A stretch of 64,000 nt of DNA from Caloramator sp. mosi_1. Its GTDB lineage: Bacteria; Bacillota; Clostridia; Clostridiales; Caloramatoraceae. Below the pieces are notes generated by a model, which had not been told where the DNA came from, did no database searches, and saw only the letters and a list, made by a program, of their open reading frames with translations. Positions 11,225 to 21,731 of this stretch are shown in pieces. Positions within the stretch are counted from its first letter, which is position 1; every line of letters begins with the position of its first letter. Location: assembly GCF_028622835.1 (NCBI RefSeq), contig NZ_CP117677.1, positions 1,658,820-1,722,819 of the forward strand, written 5' to 3'. Position numbers and translations under genes: made by a program.

Positions 11225-12553
11225 ATGGAAAAACGAAAAAATACATCTAAAGGTGTTGCCTTAATTCCTTTTTTAATTTTTATATTGGTTTATCTTGGAA
11301 GTGGAGCATATTTGCAATCAAAGGGTGTTGAGTTAGCTTTTTATCAATTTCCTGCACCTGTTGCCGCCTTTATAGGAATTATCTTTGCTTTTCTACTTTT
11401 GAAGGGAGTGTAGATGAAAAATTTGATACCTTTATAAAGGGATGTGGAAATCCAAATATTATCATTATGTGTATTATCTATTTGCTTGCAGGTGCATTTG
11501 CTACAGTTTCCAAGGTTATAGGAGGGGTAGATTCTACTGTTAATTTAGGTTTGACATATATACATCCAAATTACATAATTGCTGGATTGTTTGTGATAGC
11601 TTGCTTCATATCCTTGGCAACTGGTACTTCAGTTGGTTCAATAGTTGCTATTGGACCTATTGCAGTGGGTTTAGCACAAAAGGCAGGATTATCTTTACCA
11701 CTTACATTAGCTTCTTTATTAGGTGGTGCTATGTTTGGAGATAATCTATCCGTTATATCAGATACAACAATAGCAGCAACAAGAACACAAGGGTGTGAAA
11801 TGAGAGATAAATTTAGAGTTAATATTTTTATTGATCTACCTGCAGCGGTAATCACTTTGATTTTACTTGTTATTTTTGGAAGACCAGAAACAATACCAAG
11901 TTTACAGGTTTATGATTATAATTTAATTAAAGTAATACCATATTTATTTGTCTTGATATTGTCATTAGCTGGTCTAAATGTTTTTGTTGTTTTAACAATA
12001 GGTATTTTTTATCAGGAATAATAGGACTCTACTATGGTGATTTAACTCTATTAACCTTTAGCCAACAAATATTTGAAGGTTTTAAAGGTATGATTGATAT
12101 ATTTATACTTTCTCTTCTTACTGGTGGATTAGCAGAACTTATTTCAAAGGCTGGAGGAATTCAATTCTTAATGGAAAAGATTCAAAAATTGATTAGAGGA
12201 AGAAAATCTGCAGAGTTAGGAATTGCGGCCTTGGTTTCTTTAACAGATGCAGCTGTTGCAAATAATACTGTAGCAATTATAATTAATGGTTCAATTGCTA
12301 AAGAGGTGAGTAAAAATATAATGTAGATCCAAGAAGATCCGCAGCTTTATTAGATATATTTTCTTGTATTGTGCAAGGACTAATTCCCTATGGTGCACAG
12401 ATGCTTATACTACTTAGCTTTGCAAATGGTTCAGTTTCTCCTTTTGAGGTAATTCCTTTAGTATGGTATATACATTTACTGGCAATATCATCGATAATAT
12501 CTATTTTCATACCATTTTCAGAAGGAATAAGAAGGGGAACTTATAGAAAGTAA
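11225..12553 (+). CDS. nhaC: Na+/H+ antiporter, NhaC family (four frame pieces)
   Basis: All four consecutive ORFs are hydrophobic and NhaC-like ('GDNLSVISDTTIAATRTQG'); terminator at 12609..12645. Confidence 0.7.
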
Positions 12554-12737
12554 TAATAAAAAGTTATATTAGGTATAAAAATAATTTAATAAATTAATAT
12601 TTTGGGGTAAGTATTCGATTAGAATGCTTACCCTTTTGTATTACATTACTTTATTAGCATAAGATAATAATGTTTACAAAATTAGTTTTTATGCTAAAAT
12701 TAAATTATAAATATATGGGAATCTTTTAGGAGGACAT

Positions 12738-12950
12738 ATGTGTATTAATAAAGATATGATTATACTTGATATTGTTGAAAAATATCCAGAAACAGAGGAT
12801 GTTTTTCATATGTATGATGAAGCAGCTGGTACCTGCATATTGTGTTCTAATCTGTTTGATTCTTTAGAAAATGCTTTAAATAAGTATGGTTTAGATTTAG
12901 ATAAAGTTATGCATCAATTAAATACAGTTATTGATAAAAATAAATATTAA
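12738..12950 (+). CDS. DUF1858-domain small protein (hybrid-cluster-protein-associated redox disulfide domain)
   Basis: 70 aa with an 'IILDIVEKYPETEDVF...CILCSNLFDSLENA' pattern. Confidence 0.55.
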   Translation: MCINKDMIILDIVEKYPETEDVFHMYDEAAGTCILCSNLFDSLENALNKYGLDLDKVMHQLNTVIDKNKY

Positions 12951-13082
12951 AATTCTGGGTTTAAGTGAATAAATCTATGTTTGTGCTTTGTGTAATGAAT
13001 ACTTCAATAAGAAGGGAAGTTTTAACCTAATCATACTCCTATAAGTGGGTTATGAATGTTGCTTGATAAACAAAATTATTAC

Positions 13083-13213
13083 CGAAAATCAAGGTAAAGT
13101 TAGCCATTTAGATGGTAAAACTGGGGATGGAACAGCCCTTTGAGCTTGGTAATCTGGTAGCAGAAGCTATCTTGACTACGAAGCCACCACCTCTATAGGT
13201 GGGGGTAGTTTAC
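13083..13213 (+). repeat. Solo IS200/IS605-family right-end segment (copy 2 of the omega-RNA-like scaffold), abutting the RBS of the GNAT gene
   Basis: ~92% identical to 2420..2550; no TnpB ORF upstream; the sequence right after the scaffold is the gene's RBS 'aaaagattaaggagga'. Confidence 0.6.
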
Positions 13214-13239
13214 AATAAAAGATTAAGGAGGATATTAAT

Positions 13240-13563
13240 ATGAACTGGAAGTATGAAAATGGACGCATATACAGTGTTGATGAAAAAGGAGAATTAATGG
13301 CGGAGACAACTTTTGTTCTAAAGGACAATGGAGAGGTAGATATTGATCATACATATGTTAATCCTGTTTTAAGAGGACAAGGTGTTGCATCAAAAATGAT
13401 GGAGGTTGTAGCAGAGTATTTAAGAGAAAAAGATTTAAAAGCTACAGCAAGCTGTTCATATGCTAATTCTTGGCTTCAAAAGCATAAAGAACAATATGCA
13501 GATATTATATCAAAAGATTTAGATAATGAAGTTATTGCTTGTAAGATAGGTGGAAAGCATTAA
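13240..13563 (+). CDS. Small GNAT-family acetyltransferase (COG2388/YjdC-like)
   Basis: 107 aa; 'RGQGVASKMMEVVAEYLREK' acetyl-CoA-binding-like segment. Confidence 0.65.
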   Translation: MNWKYENGRIYSVDEKGELMAETTFVLKDNGEVDIDHTYVNPVLRGQGVASKMMEVVAEYLREKDLKATASCSYANSWLQKHKEQYADIISKDLDNEVIACKIGGKH

Positions 13564-13573
13564 TATTTTTTAA

Positions 13574-13597
13574 AAAGCCTTTAAAAAAGGCTTTTTC
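13574..13597 (+). terminator. Rho-independent terminator ('aaagccttt aaaaa aaggcttttt')
   Basis: Hairpin plus T-run after the GNAT gene. Confidence 0.7.
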
Positions 13598-13853
13598 ATT
13601 TTTAAAAAGAATTAAAGAAAGACTTGAATTAATGGTTAAGGCAGGAATCAAAGTAGTGTGTGTAGAATAGTACTACTATAAATTTAAATGCTTGCTATAT
13701 AGGAAAATAGAAATATATATTTTTCAATAAGTTCAAATTGTATGTTTATGGTTAAAATTGTTTTAGATGTCATAAACTAATATATATTTGAATAATGCAT
13801 ATAAAGTGGATTTAAAAAATAAAAAAATTATTTATGCAAAGAGGTGTTGGTAT

Positions 13854-14600
13854 ATGAAGGGGGCAGTTGTTTATTTTTCAGGGACTGGTAATACAGAATT
13901 TGTTGCTAAACTATTTGAAAAGGAATTAAAGGAGAAGGGATATGAAATTACTTTAATTGATGTTTGCAAAAAACAAACTTTAATGATAACTACTCTTTTA
14001 TGTATTTGGATGTGTTATACACGCCGAAATGTTTCCAGATGTATTTATGAATTGGATAAGAAAAATATAAAACAAGGTAGTAAAAGAAGATGCATAATTT
14101 TTTCAACCCAAGCATCAAATAAGGCAGCAGGGGCGAGTTTATTAGCTGATGAGCTTGAGGATAAAGGTTTTGATGTAAGAGTAGTTGAATTTATAACTAT
14201 GCCTAATAACTATTATTTAGTTGGTTTTGGTAAGGACAGTCAACATAAAAAGATATGCTAAAGCAACAAGCTAAAAATACTGTAAAAAAGCAGTTGATAC
14301 CTTTGTTGAGGGAAGGAGCAGCATAAAAACTGCATCTAAGCTACGAAAAACATTTGCAAAAATAGAGTATCCTATGTTTTTAAGGTTTTCAAAATCTTGG
14401 GCAAGAAAAAAGTGAGTGTAGATACAACACTTTGTGTAAAATGCCAAAAGTGTGTAAAAAATTGTCCAGTTAAAAATATTTATTTTGAAGAAGAAATAAA
14501 ATTCAAAGATAACTGTATATCCTGTCAAAGATGTTTGCATTTATGTCCAGTTAATGCGTTTAAATATAAGGGTAAGCATTTTGAACAATACAGTATTTAA
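13854..14600 (+). CDS. Flavodoxin-like protein fused to a 2x[4Fe-4S] ferredoxin domain (EFR1-family-like), frameshifted
   Basis: 'VVYFSGTGNTEFVAK' flavodoxin signature; C-terminal 'CVKCQKCVKNCP...CISCQRCLHLCP'. Confidence 0.65.
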
Positions 14601-14709
14601 TTAGGGTATATGCTCAAAATAAGTCGAAAAATATTGAAATATGGGGAATGAAATGGTAAAATATATTCAAATTATTTATTAAAACTAATAAAAGAAGTGA
14701 GTGAATTGA

Positions 14710-15565
14710 ATGGCAGTAAAAATTTTAACAGACAGTACAAGTTATTTAACTGAAGAGATCTGTAGAGAACTTGACATTAAAAAATTTCACTTAGCGTATC
14801 TTGGGATGATATGAGCGTAAAGGAAACTGAAATTAGTAATGAGGATTTTTACCGTTTGATGGAAGAAAAGGGGATACCAAAGTCTTCTCAACCTTCAATA
14901 GGAGAGATGTTTGAGGAGATGAAAAGGGTTGTAGCAAATGGAGACAGCCTTGTGTGTATTCTTCTTTCCTCTGAAATGAGTGGTACATATCAATCAGCCC
15001 TTATGGTAAAAGAAATGGTGCTTGAGGAATACAAAGATGCTAAGATAGAAATTATTGATTCAAGGTCTAACTGTATGCAGCTTGGTTTTGCTGCTATTGT
15101 TGGGGCAAGAGCAGCAAAGGCAGGAAAAACAATAAAAGAGGTTGTTGATGTTATTAAGCAGAATATAAGAAGAAGCAGATTTCTATTTATTCCTGATAAT
15201 CTTGATTATTTGAAAAAGGTGGAAGAATAGGAGGAGCCAGTGCACTTTTAGGAAATCTTTTAAAGATTATTCCAATACTAACTGTTGAGGATGGAAAAAC
15301 AACAGTAGCCACTAAGGTTAGAACCAAGAAAAATGCTGTTGCAACAATGATTGAAAAGGTAGTTAAGGATAGCTCTGTTTTTGGACTTAAGGAAATTATA
15401 GTGCACCACATTAACTGTTTAAATGAGGCTTTAGAGTTATCAAAATCTATAGAGGAAAAGCTAAATGTCAAACCCAAGATTGTTGATATAGGACCGGTAA
15501 TTGGATTACACGTTGGTCCAGGTGCAATAGGAATTGTCTATTATACAGAAAAAGATATGAGGTAA
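14710..15565 (+). CDS. degV: DegV-family fatty-acid-binding protein (three frame pieces)
   Basis: 'VKILTDSTSYL', 'TSQPSIGE' and 'GGRIGGASALLGNLLKI' DegV motifs. Confidence 0.8.
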
Positions 15566-15776
15566 GAGGTAATATGCACTGCATATCACCTCTTTCAATT
15601 TTTAATTATAAAAAACTTAAATAAAAAATTTCTAAAAAATATAATAAATAATATTAGGTTATAGTACAATTTTAGAGAAGGAATATTAAGGTATTATACG
15701 AATATATGTATATATATGATATAACATATATATTACAAAAATAATTTTATTAATTTTTTAAAAGGAGGGGGTTAGT

Positions 15777-16698
15777 TTGAGGAGGGAGGATTTTACCTTT
15801 AAAGATGAGCAGGGTGTAGAAATTTATACTTATAAGTGGATCCCAGATGAACAGATAAAAATTAAAGGTGTAATTCAGATAGCCCACGGAATGGCTGAAA
15901 CAGCGGCAAGATACGAGAGGTTTGCAGAGTTTATAACAAATGAAGGATATGTAGTGTATGCAAATGATCATAGGGGACACGGTAAAACAGCTAAATGTAT
16001 TGAGAATATTGGCTATATAGGTAGTGATGGATTTAATTGGATGATTAAAAATATGAAGCAGCTGAATGATATTATTAAAAAGAATATCCAGATATTCCAG
16101 TTTATCTGATGGGACATAGTATGGGTTCTTTTCTTTCACAGGGATATATTCAAAGATATGGTGACAGTATAGATGGAGTGATTTTATCTGGAACTGCAGG
16201 TAGACAGGGACTGCTATTGGAACTTGGTATAATTATTGCAAAGCTTGAGATGAAAAACAAAGGAGAGAGATGGCAGAGTAATTTGCTTAATAAATTATCC
16301 TTTGGAAATTATAATAAATCATTCAAACCAAACAAAACAGAATTTGATTGGCTTAGCAGTGACGAAAAAGAGGTTGAAAAATATATTAATGATCCATTTT
16401 GTGGAACAGTATTTACCACAAGCTTTTTTACGACTTTCTTAAAGGCCTTAAAAACATACATAAAAATAGAAATATGGCAAAAATACCAAAGGACTTACCA
16501 ATTTATATCTTTGCAGGTGAACAGGATCCAGTAGGAAATAAGTGTAAGTCGATTAAGTGGCTAATAGAAAGATATAAAAGATTAGGAATAAAGGATATAG
16601 AGTATAAGTTTTATAAAGATGGAAGGCACGAAATGCTAAATGAGGTTAATCGTGATGAGGTTATGAGGAATATATTAGCGTGGCTTAAAGCCCATTAG
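15777..16698 (+). CDS. Alpha/beta hydrolase (lysophospholipase/monoacylglycerol lipase-like), three frame pieces, TTG start
   Basis: 'HGMAETAARYERFAEF', 'NDHRGHGKT' and the 'GHSMGS' nucleophile elbow. Confidence 0.75.
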
Positions 16699-16824
16699 AT
16701 ATGCTTATAAACAAAGTGGTGTAGATTTACATCACTTTTATTTTTAGATATATGGAAAAGATAATTATTGATTGAAGTATAGTGAATATAATGATAGAAT
16801 TTTTTATATAAGAATAATTATTAT

Positions 16825-18460
16825 TTAGATATGAGCATAATTAAATAAAAAATAAAACAACAAAAGTTAAATTATTACAATTTTTATTAAGCGTAGCTTA
16901 ACTATCAAAAACGGAACTTAAATTGAAATGAAAGAAACAAAAAAGGGTAGACTATCCCCTTGGTGAAATTGATGCTTAAAAATTTTGATATAACTTAGTT
17001 TAAGCTGTCCTTTTAATCCCGATAGGGATTTGTATTTATCAACACAGCCAGATTTTATAGCAGCAATTGCAATAGTTAAAAGACAAATATGTCCGATTGT
17101 ATTTAGATTAGCAACAGAGTTAATATTTTTAACATAAGCTTGCTCAGTATTTAGATTCTTCCATCTAGAATTGTATCTTTCAGACTCAGTTCTAAGACTG
17201 TATATTTTCTTGAAAAATATAGAATCACGATTTATGGAAGATCTATAATCAGTGCCAATACTTATGTATTTTACACAACCTCTGTTTTTCTTACCGTTAA
17301 AGAATTTTTCGTGGTTACATGGACATAAAGAATCATCTTTAGAAGTTCTAAAAGGACAGCAAAACTTTTGTTTAATATAGGAATCAAAATATTGTTTGCC
17401 ATCTTTATGCATTGCTAATCCAGCATCGCATATTACATTACCTGTGGATGTTAAGTCTTTAGGCTTTCTTCCACGTTTATTTAATGCAATGAAAGCATGA
17501 CCTTTAAGGGTATTACGAATAAAGTCATGATTTTGCTTTGAATCATAGCCTTTATCAGCAATAATATAACTACCTTTGAGTGGGAACCACTCATTTGTAT
17601 CAGATAGGATTTCTGTAAAGTTAGAAATTTCATTGACATCAGCGGTTGTAGTAAATTCAGCAATGGGAAGACCAGAGATAGCATCACAAATAACATGATT
17701 TTTGTATCCCCAGTAGAATTCATATTTTTTCTTTGAATTATTGGGTTTATCTTCTGAAACTTGAACATTCATAGAGTTATTAGCAGTATGAACACCTAAT
17801 TTACAATCTTTATCAGAAGAAGGCGGGTTATTTTTAGAAAACTTGTTATTTGCGAAGCATTTAGGATTATTAAATTTAGTGTTAGCTTTAACAGGCGTTG
17901 CATCAACTGATATAAAGTTGTTGTCAATAAATCCTAGTTCTTTAAGAATATTAACTTGATTTTTCATGATTTCCTTAAGATAAGAGTTAGATAAATTTTT
18001 AATAAATCTCTGAAAAACTGAGTATGAAGGCAAAGGCTTAAGAATATTAAAACCACAAAGCTGAGCAATGATTAGATTATTTTCTAGAAAATCTTTTAGG
18101 TCAGTAATTTTGCTGAACTTCTCACATTTCATAACAATAAAGGCTCTAAAAGAGCATGGCGAGAATAGCCATTAGGACCATATTTAGAAGGAATCCTATC
18201 GGGTAATATAGATAAATCAAGGTTATCAAAGATTTTGGTATAAAAATTGATAAGTTTTTGAGAAGTAAAAAGTTCAATTATATTAAATATTTCTTGACGT
18301 TGGTACATAGAGATTTCCTCCTTATTGTTTTTGTATTATGTGTGGTTATATAGTATAATTCGACAAAAAGAGAGGAAATCCTATGACATAAATTTGAGTG
18401 ATAAAAAATTTGGCCCTATCGGGCTAGTAAAATCAAGGTCTTTGAGTTATGCTCAAGGCT
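16825..18460 (-). mobile_element. IS1182/IS5-like insertion sequence (apparently intact copy) flanked by a 13-17-bp direct repeat 'agaataattattattta'
   Basis: Ends 'gatatgagcataatt' and '...gagttatgctcaaggct' (shared GAGCATAA core); identical 17-mer at 16811..16827 and 18461..18477. Confidence 0.7.
16918..18310 (-). CDS. DDE transposase with InsH-type N-terminal domain (IS1182/IS5-like); N-terminal ~58 codons are in another frame (shift near 18135-18150)
   Basis: N-terminus 'YGPNGYSRHALL' (Transposase_InsH_N-like); Cys-rich 'CPFRTSKDDSLCPCNHE'; C-terminal 'RNSRWKNLNTEQAYVKNINSVANL'. Confidence 0.75.
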
Positions 18461-18493
18461 AGAATAATTATTATTTATTTGTGAGGTGATATA

Positions 18494-19292
18494 GTGGATT
18501 ACATAAAATCAAGTCCAGTTCTTTTATCATTGTTAGCAACACTTTTTACTTGGTTTTTAACTGCATTAGGGTCAACTATGGTTTTTATATTTAAGGAGAT
18601 TAATAGAAAAGTATTAGATGGAATGCTTGGTTTTGCAGCTGGGGTTATGATTGCTGCAAGTTTCTGGTCTCTTTTAAACCCTGCAATAGAAATGGCTGAA
18701 AATATGGGTATTATTTCTTGGATTCCTGCAGTTATAGGGTTTTTGTTAGGAGGGCTTTTCTTAAGATTTGTAGATATGTTTATGCCACATCTTCATATGT
18801 TTTCAGATGAGGCAGAGGGTATAAAAACAAGCTTAAAGAGAAGTGTACTGCTTGTGCTTGCAATTACACTACATAATATCCCAGAAGGTCTTGCTGTAGG
18901 AGTTGCTTTTGGCGCATTGAATACAGGAAATACATCTGCTAATTTAGCAGGTGCAATTGCACTTGCAATAGGAATAGGACTTCAAAACTTCCCAGAGGGT
19001 GCTGCTGTTTCAATTCCCTAAGAAGGGAAGGATTATCAAGGTTTAAAAGTTTTATTTATGGTCAATCTTCAGGAATAGTTGAACCTATTGCAGCAGTAAT
19101 TGGTGCATCTTTAGTTTTTATATGCAAAATATTTTACCCTACGCATTGTCCTTTGCAGCAGGAGCTATGATATTTGTAGTTGTTGAGGAGCTTATTCCAG
19201 AATCACAGGCAGGAGAACATACACATATTGCAACATTAGGCACTCTTTTAGGCTTTGCTGTTATGATGGTATTAGATGTTGCATTAGGTTAA
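18494..19292 (+). CDS. zupT: ZIP-family metal transporter (ZupT-like), three frame pieces
   Basis: '[10 protein letters not shown]' and 'QNFPEGAAV' ZIP signatures; C-terminal TM segments at 19020..19292 in shifted frames. Confidence 0.8.
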
Positions 19293-19386
19293 TTGAATTT
19301 TGTATATAGGGGCTGTAGATGAATTTAAAGATTAATGAAACAAATTAAAATGATTATAGTTTACATACAAGTTTCATCAATATATA

Positions 19387-20862
19387 GGCTCTTTGTCAAT
19401 AGTTGGGGCGGGCATTAGATTAGAATGCCTGTCCTTTCTTATTTGATAATGATTTTAGCAAGATAGATAGGATGAGGGAGTTTACCCTTAAAAAATTGCA
19501 CGACAAAAAGACCAACGATAGTTGGATTTCCTAAAATACAATATTTAACAGATTATTTATTACAACAATGAAGAATTCTATTCCTGAATCTATCAAAATT
19601 TCTATAGCCGAAGGCTATTCTTTTAATAACTTTGATTTTATTATTAAATCCTTCTATACAAGCATTTGTATAAGGAATATCAAAAGAATTACAAATCTCA
19701 TTAAAATATCTGATATAGGTATTTGCACATCTTTTCAATTCATTGATACCACTATTTTGTGCAAGTTTAATCCAATCTTTTAAGAGGACACGAGCTTCGT
19801 TAGAAGAAGGTGAAGCATCAATAATACTCAATAACTTTTCCTTTAAAGTGTGGGCAATTGCTAATTCACTATTATAAGAAAACATAACTTGTAAAGCTAA
19901 CTTTGAATCTGTATCAAGTAAGCCATATCTTTTTAAAATAAGCTTTTTACTTCTTTTAAAGTATTTTCTTAATTTAATTGATAGTTCTCTTTGGATACGT
20001 TTTCTTACCGCTTCTACTGCCCATATGACTTGTCTAATATAGTGAAATTTATCTATAACAATTACAGCATTTTTGAAATAAGTTTTAGCTAAATCAATAT
20101 AGGGTTGCCACATATCACAAATAAAGTGTGTAACGCTATCGCGATTTTTAATTTTTCTAAAATAATCTATAAGAATATGCTCTTTTCTATCTTTAATAAT
20201 GTCTAGTATTTTATGATTAACAGGATCGACTATTGCACAATGATATTTAGAACCACCAGAGTTACCTTTAAATTCATCTATAGATATTATTTTAGGTAAA
20301 TTAGTAGGAGAAGAGTAAGATACATTATCAAAAATACGTTTTATAGTATCGATAGATAGATTAGTTTTTCTAGCAACTGATGTCATACTATATTCATTAG
20401 ATAATTCATAAATTACAAACATAGCTAATCTATTAGTTATTCTATGATAACGAGGTAAAAATTCTATATGTTCATAAAATTTTTGCCGCAGGCATTACAA
20501 CGATATCTACGTTTTTTAAGAATGATAAAAGTATGTTTAAAGAATAAGGGTATGTCTTTAATACGCTGAATTCTATAATCGTGAACTCTTGTAACTTTGG
20601 AATTACAATTAGGGCAAGTACAAATTTTTTCTTAGTTTCTAAGTATATCTCAATGTACGTGTCATTATGAATAATCTTTTTATAATAACATCTTTAAAAC
20701 CTAATAAATTTTTGATAGAATTATTAGTGTGCACTTGATGGATGCCTCCTTTCAGGTAAGGTTTTTGTTTGGTTATTTTAATTTTACCAGGTGTCTAATC
20801 AGGTGCACATATTTTTTGTAAAAAATATGCTGGGTCTACGCCCCAACATTTATTATAGAACC
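19387..20862 (-). mobile_element. ISL3-family insertion sequence, copy A, with 8-bp target-site duplication AATATATA (19379..19386 and 20863..20870)
   Basis: IRs 'GGCTCTTTGTCAATAGTTGGGGCGGGC' and 'GGTTCTATAATAAATGTTGGGGCGTAGACCC'; identical to copy B apart from two homopolymer-length differences; inserted in the middle of a palindrome ('acaagtttcatcaa...ttgatgaaacttgt'). Confidence 0.85.
19553..20734 (-). CDS. ISL3-family transposase (needs three 1-nt corrections in A-runs to read through; GTG start)
   Basis: N-terminus 'IKNLLGFKDVII...IEIYLETKKK(I)CTCPNCNSKVTRVHDYRIQRIKDIPLF...KRRYRCNACGKKFYE' (ISL3 zinc-finger/HTH), C-terminus matches the 289-aa ORF. Confidence 0.85.
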
Positions 20863-21043
20863 AATATATAAAGTTTGATGAAACTTGTTTTTTAGTCAAA
20901 ATTTTGTCAAACCTATGAAGGATTTTTCGATAATATATAGAATATTTATAATATACAGTATAATTTAAATAATAATAAAAGACACACTTTGTCCTATTAA
21001 ATTAAGTAGTTTCATAAATATATTATAAAGGAGGTATAGGTTG

Positions 21044-21711
21044 ATGAGTTCCTATAAAATTATTGAGATAAAAGAAAGTGTTTTCTCTAATAATGATAGA
21101 CAAGCAGATATTTTAAGGGAAGAACTAAAAAAGAAAAAGACCTTTTTATTAAATCTTATGTCTTCTCCAGGTTCTGGTAAAACGACTACTGTGTTAAGAA
21201 CTATTGAGGCATTAATGGAGGAAATGAATATAGGAGTAATGGAGGCAGATATTGATTCAGATGTAGATGCCAGTTTAGTTGCAAAAACAGGGGCAAAGGT
21301 AATACAACTACATACAGGTGGGATGTGTCATCTTGATGCAGATATGACTAAACAAGGATTAGATGAACTTGAAGCAGAAGGGCTTGATTTAGTTATACTT
21401 GAAAATGTTGGAAATCTTGTTTGCCCAGCAGAGTTTGATACAGGTGCATCAAAAACGCTATGATTTTAAGTGTTCCAGAGGGAGATGACAAACCTTTAAA
21501 GTATCCCTTGATGTTTTCAGTTGTTGATGTTCTTTTAATAAATAAAATTGATGCGATGTGTATTTTTGATTTCGATATTGAAAAGGTTAAAGAACGTGTA
21601 AAAAAATTAAATCCAAATATAAAGGTTATTCCCATTTCAGCAAGAACTGGAGAGGGATTTGATGAATGGATAGACTGGTTAAGAAAAGAGGTAAAGGCTT
21701 GGAAGGAATAA
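21044..21711 (+). CDS. hypB: Hydrogenase/CODH nickel-incorporation GTPase HypB (two frame pieces)
   Basis: P-loop 'SPGSGKTT', 'ENVGNLVCPAEFD' G2/G3 motif, and 'NKID' in the second piece. Confidence 0.85.
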
Positions 21712-21731
21712 TTTATTAGGGGGATAGATTT

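Noticed and set aside
19568-19783. Plus-strand 71-aa ORFs inside both ISL3 transposase genes (19568..19783 and 53218..53433), and the ORF 17481..17768 inside the IS1182-like element
   Set aside because: They are antisense shadow ORFs fully contained within the transposase coding sequence, are low-complexity, and have no RBS.
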